63,348 bases of DNA, filler included, from 3 parts of 3 records of this genome joined end to end with filler, not necessarily neighbours in it, one strand, 5' to 3'. Numbered from the whole stretch's first letter, positions 18,797 to 30,228 are shown. The notes: a model not told the origin generated them from the letters alone. Program-made: numbers and translations.

Positions 18797-19795
18797 TTAA
18801 CGGCACGGCCAGTCCTCCGTCAGCGCCTCACCGCCTGTGGCCATCTCGGTGAGCTGCATGTCACTGTCGAAAATAAACTGCAGCCCTTTCTCGCCGGGCT
18901 CCTGCCAGTACACTGCCTTTACCGGCAATGAGCCGGGGCCAGCCTCCAGGGTCTCGTCCAGCGCCCCCTGATACATTTCATATAAAGCCGGTGATTCGCC
19001 CAGCGCCACACCGGTGTCAGTGCGAATGTTTGACGGAGGGTTAACGTCCAGCCGGGCAATACGGCTGTTCCTGAACTGAGCAGATAGCCCGGCTGGCCAC
19101 ATAGCGCTGCGCACACGGCCACAGGCACTTTGTCCCGAGACAATATCCAACGGCACCTTGGTGGTCGCCTGCACACTGGACAGGGTATCGCCGATACAAA
19201 CGTGGCCATAGCAACCCGGAGACAACCGATGCAGCGGCTCTTCACTGTCCAGCGTTAGTGTCACCGTCAGCGCCACTGTCTCGGAATCCGCCCCGCGTTC
19301 GGGCTCGCCAATTTGGGCGTGGTAGTGGCTGGCCAGGTCCTGCGCCACATCTGAGCCGGCTGCCGGGTAGGAAAAACCCCCGCGAAAGGTGACGCAGAGC
19401 GTATTGGCATCGGCATGCTGCTCTGCCAACAATGCCCGGGACGCAGGGGTTGTACTGACACAAAGCACCGGCTCCACCGAACGCCCCCAGGTATCCGGGT
19501 AGCCACGGTCGTCACAATAATCATGGGAGAAATCAAGCATGCAGCGGTGGGGAACGGTCTTGTGAGTAAACACGGTGAGACCAACCGTATTCCCTGCCTG
19601 CGTCAACAGGGCTTCACTAACGTCCTCCCCCAGGTAAACAAAATGGTCCATTTCCCAACCCACATCCGTGCGCAAATCCAGACGCAAATCGGCAGGAAGG
19701 GGGGCCGCAACCAACGGATTCGCTGACACCATCATCCCCAGCCCCACCAGGAATCCCCACTGGCACCGTCGCGCCTGCTGCGTCCATCGCTTCAT
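18797..19795 (-). CDS. Hypothetical secreted, Cys-containing protein
   Basis: GGAG RBS before MKRWT; hydrophobic signal-like segment ending VAA; long open frame with no recognised family. Confidence 0.6.
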   Translation of the reverse strand: MKRWTQQARRCQWGFLVGLGMMVSANPLVAAPLPADLRLDLRTDVGWEMDHFVYLGEDVSEALLTQAGNTVGLTVFTHKTVPHRCMLDFSHDYCDDRGYPDTWGRSVEPVLCVSTTPASRALLAEQHADANTLCVTFRGGFSYPAAGSDVAQDLASHYHAQIGEPERGADSETVALTVTLTLDSEEPLHRLSPGCYGHVCIGDTLSSVQATTKVPLDIVSGQSACGRVRSAMWPAGLSAQFRNSRIARLDVNPPSNIRTDTGVALGESPALYEMYQGALDETLEAGPGSLPVKAVYWQEPGEKGLQFIFDSDMQLTEMATGGEALTEDWPCR

Positions 19796-19985
19796 GCTTT
19801 CCCCCGCTGCTCCCAATTCCGGAAGCCCGCTCCCTGTCGTTGCTTCAAGGAAAGCAAATTCAGGCAAGCGACGCCAGCCCCTCCCGTCAGCCACAGGTCG
19901 GAGTAACGCAATGTGACCTCCCCCCCATACACACCCGCTCTATTCTGGGTAATACTGAAGGCACTTTTTTCAGGGAGTGATGCTT

Positions 19986-20498
19986 ATGAAACGCCTAACA
20001 AAAGTACTGGCGGGCGCCGCCATTCTCACTGTGGCCCCGTTGGCCAATGCGGGCTTCTATGTTGGTGCAGGGATTTATAATTCCGGCACCGACGAAGAAA
20101 TCGACAACATCAAGTTTGATGACGACGATACCTCCGGAGGCCTGTTTCTGGGCTGGCGCCCCATCGAACTGGTGGGAGCGGAAGTGGGTTATTACGACTT
20201 CGGTGAGCTGGAAGGCGACAACGGCACCAAGATTGAAGGTGGCGCAGTCACCTTTGCCGGCCTGCTCAGCCTGGAGCTTGGCCCCGTAGGCCTCTACGGC
20301 AAAGGCGGCGTGGCCAATACGGATTTCGACGTAAAACACCCGTCTTTCAAGGATGATGAGTCCTCCACCGATGCCTTTGGCGGGGTGGGTGCCACCATTG
20401 ATTTGATGGACAAGCTGTATGTGTATGGCGAGTTCATGCACTTCGACAATGATGCCGGCATCGACATGTTCGGCGCTGGGCTGCGCTTTCAGTTCTGA
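19986..20498 (+). CDS. Outer membrane beta-barrel protein (OmpA-like transmembrane domain)
   Basis: Signal peptide ending ANA, GFYVGAG, alternating beta strands, C-terminal GLRFQF. Confidence 0.87.
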   Translation: MKRLTKVLAGAAILTVAPLANAGFYVGAGIYNSGTDEEIDNIKFDDDDTSGGLFLGWRPIELVGAEVGYYDFGELEGDNGTKIEGGAVTFAGLLSLELGPVGLYGKGGVANTDFDVKHPSFKDDESSTDAFGGVGATIDLMDKLYVYGEFMHFDNDAGIDMFGAGLRFQF

Positions 20499-20512
20499 TT
20501 CTTTTTTCCGGT

Positions 20513-20550
20513 AAAAAAAGGCCACTCGGTTCACCGGGTGGCCTTTTGTT
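20513..20550. terminator. Bidirectional Rho-independent terminator
   Basis: AAAAGGCCACTCGG-TTCA-CCGGGTGGCCTTTT between convergent genes. Confidence 0.82.
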
Positions 20551-20578
20551 TGATAACAACCGCGCAGTAATCCCAAGT

Positions 20579-21598
20579 CTAGCGGGCCTGAATTCTATCC
20601 AGTGCCTCAACCCGACTTAATTCCTGGTCACTGAACATTTGCTGCTGCAACCGTGCCAGTGCTGTTTCCTGATCCAGGTGCGATAACCCACTGTCGATAA
20701 TTGCCTGGCGCTGCTCACGGTAGTCCTGATAGCGTGCCTCCCATTGCGCCCGCTGCTGATCCAGCGCTTCCAGCCGTTCTGCGCCAGCCGCGCCGACCTG
20801 CTGCTCTCGCAAGCGACGAATTTCTGCCTCACTGGCCCCCTGCTCCCGCAACACCTGGGTACGCGCCGACAGCTGCGCCGGACCACGAGTTTCCTCCAGC
20901 ATGATCTGCATGGCAGCCGGCAGCGATTGTGTCAGCCCCTGGAGCTGCCGTTGTCGCTGGGTGTCGTTGAGAGAAGGGTTATCGAGGATCTCCTGACGAT
21001 CCGCCATATAACGGTCGTAAGCGATATCCATGCCGTAGAACGCCTCCGCCGCTTGCTGGCCCAGGTAAGCGACTTGCAGATCGTGACGCTGTTTGACCGC
21101 AGTGCGGATGCTGGCAGGCGAACCATCATGGGCAGGCAATGCCGCCATCGCCTGCCCCAGTGCCATGTATTGCTGGAAAAACTGCCAAGCCTCGTTCGCG
21201 GCCTCAGCCGGAAGAGACGCTTGCAGATAACTTGCCAGCCGCGCCTGACAATCTTCCAGGGACTCTTCCCCCTGGGCAGACAGGAAATAATCGAACACCC
21301 GACGCAGGTCCGGCGTTACCACTAGCTCACCGTCCGCCGTGGTTTGCAACTGGCCATCGACCTCGGTGCCACGCAGCGATGTCGGCACCGCTGCCAGTGT
21401 TTCCGCACGACTCAATGCGGCCTGCAAGCTATTGGCAGCAGGTTCATCACCTGAAGTATGCGCCCCGGGAAACAAGGTAACGTTCTGCACGCCACTACTG
21501 CTGCCCGGAGCCGTGGAAACCGGCGACCAGAATAGTCCGGCAAACGCCACGGCCAATACAACCCCAAGCAGGACAAGCGCCCACTGAATACGTGACAT
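20579..21598 (-). CDS. lipH: Lipase-specific foldase (lipase chaperone)
   Basis: N-terminal membrane anchor, SLRGTEVDG, Lif signature RRVFDYFLS, helical Gln/Arg-rich C-terminus. Confidence 0.9.
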   Translation of the reverse strand: MSRIQWALVLLGVVLAVAFAGLFWSPVSTAPGSSSGVQNVTLFPGAHTSGDEPAANSLQAALSRAETLAAVPTSLRGTEVDGQLQTTADGELVVTPDLRRVFDYFLSAQGEESLEDCQARLASYLQASLPAEAANEAWQFFQQYMALGQAMAALPAHDGSPASIRTAVKQRHDLQVAYLGQQAAEAFYGMDIAYDRYMADRQEILDNPSLNDTQRQRQLQGLTQSLPAAMQIMLEETRGPAQLSARTQVLREQGASEAEIRRLREQQVGAAGAERLEALDQQRAQWEARYQDYREQRQAIIDSGLSHLDQETALARLQQQMFSDQELSRVEALDRIQAR

Positions 21599-21647
21599 GA
21601 TTTTCTCCTTTTTATTTCATGCCGTGACAACGTCACTGATGGGCAGC

Positions 21648-22325
21648 TTAACCCTCCAGCGCCATAAGCCGACTAAAGAACGGAGAGGCCAGCATGGCCT
21701 CCCAATCTTCACGCTGCCCCAGCATGCTCACACACAAGCGGGCCATAACGGTGATATAGCGGGGCATGTCCGTATGTTCTGCTTCCGCACAGAACTGGTA
21801 CCCCAGATGCTCGATGCCCTGCACCAGGGTTTTTAGCGCCAGGCTATCCGGTGGCGTACGGCCATGGGCCTTCATGGCTTCGTGGAGAATCATGACAATG
21901 CGCTCGTTATGCGCATCACGGTAACGCGATACCGGCGAGGACACATCATGCAACTCCCGAAAGCGGGCAATCATCAATGGCCCCAATGAGCGCCCCCAGT
22001 TCAAATATCCACTCAGCGCCACCGGCAGATAATCATAGAAGGCGCTCTGAGGCTGGGCGAACACTTTCAAAAACAAGCCTTCCACTTCTGTATTGCAGCT
22101 TTGCACAATCTCATCAATCACCTCGAGCGCAGAGGCGAAATACTTATAGAAGGTCGGCCTGGAAATACCCGCTTCCTTGAGTATTCGTTGCACGGTGGTG
22201 CCATGCATACCCTGTTCGCCATAGACCGTACGTCCCGCCGCCAGAATCCGCGCACGTGTTGCTTCAGCCTTGCTGTTGCCCGCTACGCTCCCCCGACGCT
22301 GCGCCGCTCTCTCACTCATCACCAA
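21648..22325 (-). CDS. TetR/AcrR-family transcriptional regulator
   Basis: ATRARILAAG...GTTVQRILKEAGISRPTFYKYF helix-turn-helix. Confidence 0.9.
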   Translation of the reverse strand: MVMSERAAQRRGSVAGNSKAEATRARILAAGRTVYGEQGMHGTTVQRILKEAGISRPTFYKYFASALEVIDEIVQSCNTEVEGLFLKVFAQPQSAFYDYLPVALSGYLNWGRSLGPLMIARFRELHDVSSPVSRYRDAHNERIVMILHEAMKAHGRTPPDSLALKTLVQGIEHLGYQFCAEAEHTDMPRYITVMARLCVSMLGQREDWEAMLASPFFSRLMALEG

Positions 22326-22334
22326 TCGCCTTTA

Positions 22335-22491
22335 TTAACACCAGCGTTACCTTACAGATATTTCGCGCTATAACCATAAACTCAATACAAACCGCTGTTT
22401 TTAAAGAAAATAATTAACAATAAAAGACCGTGCACAGTTAACACTGGAAAGGCATCGTCTTATAACATATCAATATTAACACCAGTGTTAA
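22335..22491. promoter_or_regulatory. Repeated candidate TetR operators in the divergent tetR/lipA gap
   Basis: TTAACAC-CA-GTGTTAA (22476-22491, perfect 7-2-7), TTAACACCAGCGTTAC (22335-22350) and a half site TTAACACTGG (22438-22447). Confidence 0.65.
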
Positions 22492-22595
22492 CTTTTAATT
22501 TCATCTACCTTAAGGTATTCACACCCCTGACCAGGGAACGCTCGGCGCAGAAACGGCAGTACCGCCGATAACAATAACGAGCCAGGTAAAACACA

Positions 22596-23564
22596 ATGAC
22601 TATTCCCTTCAAGGCGCTCACCAGAGCGTTGAGCCTTATGCTGTTCCTGTTAAGCCTATCAATGAGTATGCCCGCCCAGGCAGGCTGGTTTGACTGGCTA
22701 TTCAAGGATACCTACACCGAAACCCGTTATCCCATTGTTCTCAGTCATGGTTTATTCGGTTTCGACGATATCGTCGGCTACAACTACTGGTACCGGATCC
22801 CGGAAGAACTGCGTCGTAGCGGTGCCGAAGTCTATGTGACCCAGGTTGCCGCCGCCAACAGCACCGAAGTGCGCGGCGAACAGCTGGCCCGGCAGGTCGA
22901 GGATATTCTCGCCGCCACTGGCGCGCAGAAAGTGAACCTGATCGGGCACAGCCATGGCGGCCCAACGGTACGTTATGTGGCCTCCGTTTACCCACAGTAT
23001 GTCGCCTCTGCCACCTCTGTAGCCGGGCCGCACACCGGTGCACGCATGGCCGATGTCCTGCTGGGCGTACAGGAAAACCTGCCGCTCACCGCCGAACTTC
23101 TCGGTGACATCGTCAACGCGGCGGTCGGCTTTCTCGACCTGATTTCCGGCGGCGGATACGACCAGGACTCCCTGGCGGCGCTGTATTCCCTTTCCACAAA
23201 GGGCAGCAGCGAATTCAACAGCCTCTACCCGGAAGGGCTACCCCAACAGGCCTGCGGCGAAGCCCCGGAACAAGGCAGCAACGGTGTCAGCTACTACTCC
23301 TGGTCCGGCGCCAAACCGCTGACCAACGTGCTGGACATCAGCGACGCCGGCATGGGCCTGCTTGCCCTGCTCTATCTGGGCGAAAAAAATGACGGTCTGG
23401 TTTCCAGCTGCTCCAGCCATCTGGGGCTGGTGATCCGTGACGATTACCGCATGAACCATCTTGATGAAGTCAATCAGGTGGCCGGCCTGGTCAGTCCCTT
23501 TGAAACCAATCCGGCCAGTGTCTTTCGTCAGCACGCCAACCGTTTGAAAAACCGGGGGCTGTAA
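22596..23564 (+). CDS. lipA: Secreted triacylglycerol lipase, family I.1/I.2
   Basis: Signal peptide; YTETRYPIVLSHG, nucleophile GHSHG, NDGLV (Asp), NHLDEVNQ (His). Confidence 0.93.
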   Translation: MTIPFKALTRALSLMLFLLSLSMSMPAQAGWFDWLFKDTYTETRYPIVLSHGLFGFDDIVGYNYWYRIPEELRRSGAEVYVTQVAAANSTEVRGEQLARQVEDILAATGAQKVNLIGHSHGGPTVRYVASVYPQYVASATSVAGPHTGARMADVLLGVQENLPLTAELLGDIVNAAVGFLDLISGGGYDQDSLAALYSLSTKGSSEFNSLYPEGLPQQACGEAPEQGSNGVSYYSWSGAKPLTNVLDISDAGMGLLALLYLGEKNDGLVSSCSSHLGLVIRDDYRMNHLDEVNQVAGLVSPFETNPASVFRQHANRLKNRGL

Positions 23565-23596
23565 TTCCCCACACACGCTAATCGGGAGAGCCCGGG

Positions 23597-23620
23597 GCGC
23601 CATCTGGCGCCCTATTTTAT
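23597..23620 (+). terminator. Probable terminator after lipA
   Basis: GGGCGCC-ATCT-GGCGCCC followed by TATTTT. Confidence 0.6.
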
Positions 23621-23802
23621 GCCGCTGCGCGGCTGCACTGGAGTTCACGCGACAGGCTACCGTCCAGAGCCGGTTCCGGTGGAAAATGATCGCTTTGCCC
23701 ACTCAACAGGCGGGCGATATTTTCTTTTTCAGACTCATGAAACCCATTTTTCACTTGCAGGTCCTAACTCGCCTCCGCACGCCTCACCCATGAATGCAGC
23801 TA

Positions 23803-23833
23803 TTGACCTCAAGTCAGGTTGAGGCTTTAGGCT
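23803..23833 (+). promoter_or_regulatory. MerR-type (SoxR-like) promoter with operator in a 19-bp spacer
   Basis: -35 TTGACC (23803-08), 19-nt spacer, -10 TAGGCT (23828-33); dyad CCTCAAGTCAGGTTGAGG (23807-24) resembles the SoxR box CCTCAAGTTAACTTGAGG. Confidence 0.8.
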
Positions 23834-23911
23834 GCTGTTTCGTTTCACGCATCACCGTGTCGAAAACCCGGCAGCAGGAACGACCAGATAGAGCCCCTGT
23901 TACGAGGAAAG

Positions 23912-25486
23912 ATGATGTCTACCGTTTCCCAACCCGCTACCCGCCGCGAGTGGCTGGGGCTTGCTGTTTTGATGCTGCCCACCGTACTACTGGCACTGGA
24001 TATGACCGTGCTACATCTGGCCGCCCCTCATCTCAGCGCTGACTTGCAACCCACCAGCGCGGAGCTGCTGTGGATACTGGATATCTACGGCTTCATGATC
24101 GCCGGGTTTCTGGTGACCATGGGCACGCTGGGCGACCGGATTGGCCGGCGGCGCCTGCTGCTGACCGGTGCCACCGCCTTTGGTATTGCTTCTGCCATGG
24201 CGGCCTTTGCTACCAGCGCAGAAATGCTGATTGCCACCCGCGCCCTGCTCGGCATTGCCGGGGCCACGCTGATGCCCTCCACCCTGTCGCTGCTGCGCAA
24301 CATGTTCCAGGTCGAGCACGAACGCACCCTGGCCATCACTGTCTGGATGACCGGCTTTATCGTGGGCAGCGCCATCGGCCCGTTGGTCGGTGGCGCGTTG
24401 CTGGAATTTTTCTGGTGGGGTTCGGTGTTCCTGCTCGGTGTGCCAGTGATGGTGTTGCTACTGATTTGTGGTCCCCTGCTGTTGCCAGAATTCCGGGATG
24501 AAGAGGCCGGCGCCCAGGACTGGACCAGCGCCCTGTTATCCGTGGCCATGGTGCTGGCTGTGATTTACGGCCTCAAGGACATGGCGCGCAACGGCATCTC
24601 CGCAATGCCGCTGATCACCATCGCCGCAGGATTACTCATCGGGGTGATTTTCGTGCGCCGTCAGCGGCGCCTGACAGACCCCATGTTTGATCTGGCGTTG
24701 TTTGCCAATCGCACCTTCAGCACCTCTGTTGCCGCCATGCTGCTAACCATTCTGGCGCTGTCCGGTGCCTGGTTGATGGTCTTTCAGTACCTGCAAGGGG
24801 TGCTGGATCTGTCACCGCTGGAGTCCGGGCTGGTGATGCTGCCGCCTGCCGTGCTGCAAACCGCCGCCTCATTACTGGTACCAAGGCTGGCGAGCCGACT
24901 GCCCCATTGGAAGCTGGTCAGTGCAGGACTGGTGATGGCATCGACCGGCCTGCTGTTAATGCTACCGGTGCAAAACCCGTCGCATATTCCCCTGCTGATT
25001 GCAGGCATGACCATCATGGGCATTGGCGTCATGCCAATGATGATTCTCGGCACCGATATGGTGGTCAGTGCCGCTCCGGCCCGCAAGGCCGGAGCGGCCT
25101 CTGCTACATCAGAAACCGCTACCGAACTGGGCATGGCGCTGGGTATCGCCGTGATTGGCAGTATTGGCGCAGCGCTGTACCGCAGCCACATGCTGACAGC
25201 CATGCCCAGGGGGTTAAGCGACACGCTCGCCCTGGCGGCAGGCGACACCCTGGGCGGCGCGATCGGTGCCGCCGCCCAGCTACCTGACGACATCGCTCAA
25301 CCGCTCATGGCAGCGGCCAAAGCCGGCTTCAATCTGGCCTTGCATGCCAATGCCGCCATCGGTGCCGTGATACTGGCGCTGACAGCGGTGGGGGTCGTGG
25401 TCATGCTACGGCGCACACCGAATGATGCTAACGACAGCGCCCGGGAGGCGGCACCAGCGGTGGTTATTTCACCCGATCAAGAATAA
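23912..25486 (+). CDS. 14-TM MFS drug efflux transporter (DHA2; SmvA/QacA-like)
   Basis: LDMTVL, LWILDIY, GTLGDRIGRRRLL motif A, GPLVGG motif C. Confidence 0.92.
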   Translation: MMSTVSQPATRREWLGLAVLMLPTVLLALDMTVLHLAAPHLSADLQPTSAELLWILDIYGFMIAGFLVTMGTLGDRIGRRRLLLTGATAFGIASAMAAFATSAEMLIATRALLGIAGATLMPSTLSLLRNMFQVEHERTLAITVWMTGFIVGSAIGPLVGGALLEFFWWGSVFLLGVPVMVLLLICGPLLLPEFRDEEAGAQDWTSALLSVAMVLAVIYGLKDMARNGISAMPLITIAAGLLIGVIFVRRQRRLTDPMFDLALFANRTFSTSVAAMLLTILALSGAWLMVFQYLQGVLDLSPLESGLVMLPPAVLQTAASLLVPRLASRLPHWKLVSAGLVMASTGLLLMLPVQNPSHIPLLIAGMTIMGIGVMPMMILGTDMVVSAAPARKAGAASATSETATELGMALGIAVIGSIGAALYRSHMLTAMPRGLSDTLALAAGDTLGGAIGAAAQLPDDIAQPLMAAAKAGFNLALHANAAIGAVILALTAVGVVVMLRRTPNDANDSAREAAPAVVISPDQE

Positions 25487-25871
25487 TGCGGGTTTCGCCG
25501 TCATCCGACGCCTGCCCGAATGCCGCCACCAAGGTGGGGCCTTCAGCCAGGCGTACCCGCTGACGCACCCGGTGACGCCTTTGCGAGCCAGGTCGGTAGG
25601 CAATATCCAGCACAAACCCCTCGTCACCCCGGCGCTCGATATCAATGCGATAATTGTCATCGACCGCCTGCCAGCGCCGCCGCTGCGCGTCTGGCCCCAC
25701 GCTGCCATATAGCCGTATGACCCAATCCCGGCCACCATCGCGTGCCACCTCCGTCACCCGCAGACCATTGTCAGGCACGCCCACCCGATCCAGCAAAAAC
25801 ACATGAAAGGCACTGGCGATCGCCACCATACACACCACCGCACTGAGCCAGAGCCGCCACCCCATTCGCAT
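25464..25871 (-). CDS. Hypothetical membrane-anchored/periplasmic protein
   Basis: N-terminal hydrophobic segment then beta-rich domain; no recognised family. Confidence 0.5.
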   Translation of the reverse strand: MRMGWRLWLSAVVCMVAIASAFHVFLLDRVGVPDNGLRVTEVARDGGRDWVIRLYGSVGPDAQRRRWQAVDDNYRIDIERRGDEGFVLDIAYRPGSQRRHRVRQRVRLAEGPTLVAAFGQASDDGETRIILDRVK

Positions 25872-26029
25872 CGCTGTTTCAACCCTCACCGTTACTGCCT
25901 GACTGTCGCTGACGCACCGTTTATCCCGCCATTGTTTCAATTACGTATCTGACTGTCACAGTGTAATTGTAATTCAGCAGCAACAGGCGTTTAGTAGAAG
26001 GCAGGACCATGGATAAAGGTGATATAACA

Positions 26030-26275
26030 ATGAAAATGCACATCATGCCCGTCCGCCGCAACCTGAAATTCCATGTGCCGGACGACACCGTTCTGAACTG
26101 GCACGACAAGGGCCCGGGTATTTCCCAGTTCTTCAATACCCTCTCGCTGTTTTTCCCGGAGGGAGAGCGTTTCTTCATCAACAGCGTGCGCAAATACCGC
26201 GACCAAATCGATGACCCTGAATTACAGGAAGCCGTGCGCAATTTCATCGGCCAGGAAGCCATGCACGGCCGCGAG
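26030..26275 (+). CDS. Predicted metal-dependent hydrolase (diiron-like), 5' fragment cut by the contig end
   Basis: FFNTLSLFFPEGERFFINSVR and FIGQEAMHGRE motifs. Confidence 0.82.
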
Positions 26276-26375
26276 NNNNNNNNNNNNNNNNNNNNNNNNN
26301 NNNNNNNNNNNNNNNNNNNTTAATTAATTAANNNNNNNNNNNNNNNNNNNNNNNNNNNNNNNNNNNNNNNNNNNN
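26276..26375. other. Artificial contig linker
   Basis: N-run + TTAATTAATTAA (stops in all six frames) + N-run. Confidence 0.98.
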
Positions 26376-26376
26376 G

Positions 26377-27954
<1,578 letters not shown>

Positions 27955-28022
27955 CCAGGCTTTTGTTGGTTCTCTTACCGGTCTAGGGTCTACCTCTAGC
28001 ACGATGCGTTCTGGAGGATTGC

Positions 28023-29249
28023 GTGGAGGAAACACCGAGAGACCGGGTTCTCCGAGAGGAATTGGCTGACCCGCAGCGGTTGACGGGCCATCTCGCGCGG
28101 CTTATCGCCCTGCTACAAGCCAAGGTCGATCCGACGCAAAAGTATCTAGTCTACGTGCTGGCACAGCAAAGCCGTATCGGCCATCTGGTGCTGGAGCCAT
28201 GGATGCTGCAGAACCTTTTCGGTGAACAATACGATAATATTGTAATCGTTACCGGGCTTGGCGAAGAGGCTGCGAACGGGACGTTTTTCCAGTATCTGAG
28301 ATCCCGGTTCACGATCATTGAGACTGACGACATTGTCCTGACCACAATGGGGTTTGTGGAAGGCGGCGCGTTTTCTGTCGGTAACTTTGATTTCCTGCTT
28401 TGGCGCCCACAATCGTTGTTCACGCGTTTTACGACGGCATTGGCCGCCGGGTTGCCGCATCGTTTTTTTGAGGTGTCGGAGGAATGGCTCGAACCCGGCA
28501 GGGAACTCAGAGCCCGCCTGCTGCCGGACACGGATCTGCCCTATGTGATGCTGCATGTCCGGGACGAAGCTTTCGCACAGGAAATGGGATATCATGGTTT
28601 TCGTTGTAACTCTGTCGTAAATTATCGCCCGGCCGTGGAAGCCTTGCTTGATCGCGGATACGCGGTCATTCGGATTGGCGACCCGGGAAGTCCTGAATTA
28701 GGGGTCACCCATCCGCACTATATCGAGTTATCGCATCAATCAGGCTATGATCGCTCGGCGGATTTCGGGCTACTTGCCGGAGCGCATTTCGGCATCGTCA
28801 CGCAATCGGGGCCGTGGGCATTTTTACAGGCTTTAGGGCGGCCGATCCTGCTTACGAACGCCTATCCTGAGCCTTTCTGGGTTTTTGAAGAGCATGAAAT
28901 AGCTCTCTATAAACATGTACTGAGGGATGACGGAACGGAGCTGACTTATCGCGAATTATGGGAATGCGAAGTGCCGGGCCGCATTCTGACAAAGAATCTG
29001 CTCTCGGAGAACGGGCTGACAGCATTGAGTAATAGTGCGGAGGAAGTTCAGGCGGGGGTGGAGGAGATGTTGCTCCTGCTCGATAGTAAAACGCTACCTG
29101 ATCAAGACGCACAGATGCGATTTCATGCCATAACGCGTGCGTTTGACGATACGGTCAAAGGGGGCGCGGCGGATAGAGATGTTGGACCGCGTCTGCAGCG
29201 TCGTTTGTCGCGCCGGTTTCTGGAATTCAACCCGCGATTTCTTGAGTGA
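28023..29249 (+). CDS. Putative glycosyltransferase, TIGR04372-like
   Basis: RIGHL N-terminal motif, VMLHVRD, VIRIGD, SGP motifs; located in a glycan cluster. Confidence 0.7.
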   Translation: MEETPRDRVLREELADPQRLTGHLARLIALLQAKVDPTQKYLVYVLAQQSRIGHLVLEPWMLQNLFGEQYDNIVIVTGLGEEAANGTFFQYLRSRFTIIETDDIVLTTMGFVEGGAFSVGNFDFLLWRPQSLFTRFTTALAAGLPHRFFEVSEEWLEPGRELRARLLPDTDLPYVMLHVRDEAFAQEMGYHGFRCNSVVNYRPAVEALLDRGYAVIRIGDPGSPELGVTHPHYIELSHQSGYDRSADFGLLAGAHFGIVTQSGPWAFLQALGRPILLTNAYPEPFWVFEEHEIALYKHVLRDDGTELTYRELWECEVPGRILTKNLLSENGLTALSNSAEEVQAGVEEMLLLLDSKTLPDQDAQMRFHAITRAFDDTVKGGAADRDVGPRLQRRLSRRFLEFNPRFLE

Positions 29250-29270
29250 GATTTAATATTCGAGCAAAGC

Positions 29271-29981
29271 CTAGGCGGGAAAGCCAATCGGCTGTGGTAC
29301 GTAGTGGAATGTTCGGAACCGGGCAGTCTCAATGAAGCCCAGCTTGTGGTAAAGCGACAGGGCTCCGGTATTGCTGTCTTGGGTTGCAATGAGGGCGCAG
29401 TCAGCCAGCCCGGCATAATGGGAAAGGGCTGCTTTGATAAGAGCGGCCCCTATACCCTGTCCCTGATAGGTTTGTGAAACGGCGATCAGATCCACGGTCA
29501 TGGTACGATCCTGAAGAAGGCAGCCGTTGAAGCCTGCGATCTCCCCACCTGCATCCCAGATGAAGGTTTTGTCTGTCCTTCCATTGACCTCGTTCCGTGC
29601 CCAGGCGGCTTTTATCTGATTTGCCATGCTTTCAGAAACCATCGGATCTGCATGATATCGGTCCGATTGGAAAACGGCTTCTGCGATGCTTGCGCAGAAG
29701 TCTGCATCCTGTGAATTTGAAAACCTGATGTTTGGCGGGCTGACGTGATGATCCTCGGCGCTGAGATCGCGTGCGAGTTGGATGAGAGTCTCTATTTTCC
29801 GGAACCCACACTCTTTTGGTGGAGTATTCCATGCTGCGGGCAAGCGGGCTGAGACAAGGATGGCGTCTTCCGGAACGAACTTGCGTATGTCCGGAAGTTC
29901 CGCTTCATCTTCAATTTCCAGGCGATAGACAGCTCCTCCAAGTATGGAGCTGTCGAAGGGTTGTTTTACCAGTGTCGCCAT
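29271..29981 (-). CDS. GNAT acetyltransferase, WecD/RffC-like (NDP-amino-sugar N-acetyltransferase)
   Basis: PFDSSILG start, SDRYHADP, DLIAV..YQGQGIG, ATQDSN..ALSLYHKLGF. Confidence 0.8.
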   Translation of the reverse strand: MATLVKQPFDSSILGGAVYRLEIEDEAELPDIRKFVPEDAILVSARLPAAWNTPPKECGFRKIETLIQLARDLSAEDHHVSPPNIRFSNSQDADFCASIAEAVFQSDRYHADPMVSESMANQIKAAWARNEVNGRTDKTFIWDAGGEIAGFNGCLLQDRTMTVDLIAVSQTYQGQGIGAALIKAALSHYAGLADCALIATQDSNTGALSLYHKLGFIETARFRTFHYVPQPIGFPA

Positions 29982-30228
29982 ATCGAAAATACCCGGAGCA
30001 AACGCCCGAAATCATTGATGTTGGTAGATTGCACGGCCCATCCTCCGACCGATAGGAATTCTTGAGCCGAGTGGTGAAAACATAATTATGATCAATATTC
30101 CGGGCATTACCTTTATAATTCCCGTGGATGTTACCAGATAGGGCGTATAGCTTGCCGTGCATCGTCTGGGCACGGGGGGCAATAGGCTCAGAGAGCCGGT
30201 TTAGAAATTTTGGAGTGGGCGTTCCGTA

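Noticed and set aside
25952-25962. ACTGT-C-ACAGT palindrome upstream of the truncated hydrolase
   Set aside because: Too short, single copy and no cognate regulator in view; could be chance.
26320-26331. TTAATTAATTAA palindrome occurring twice
   Set aside because: Synthetic six-frame stop spacer inside N-runs, not a biological site.
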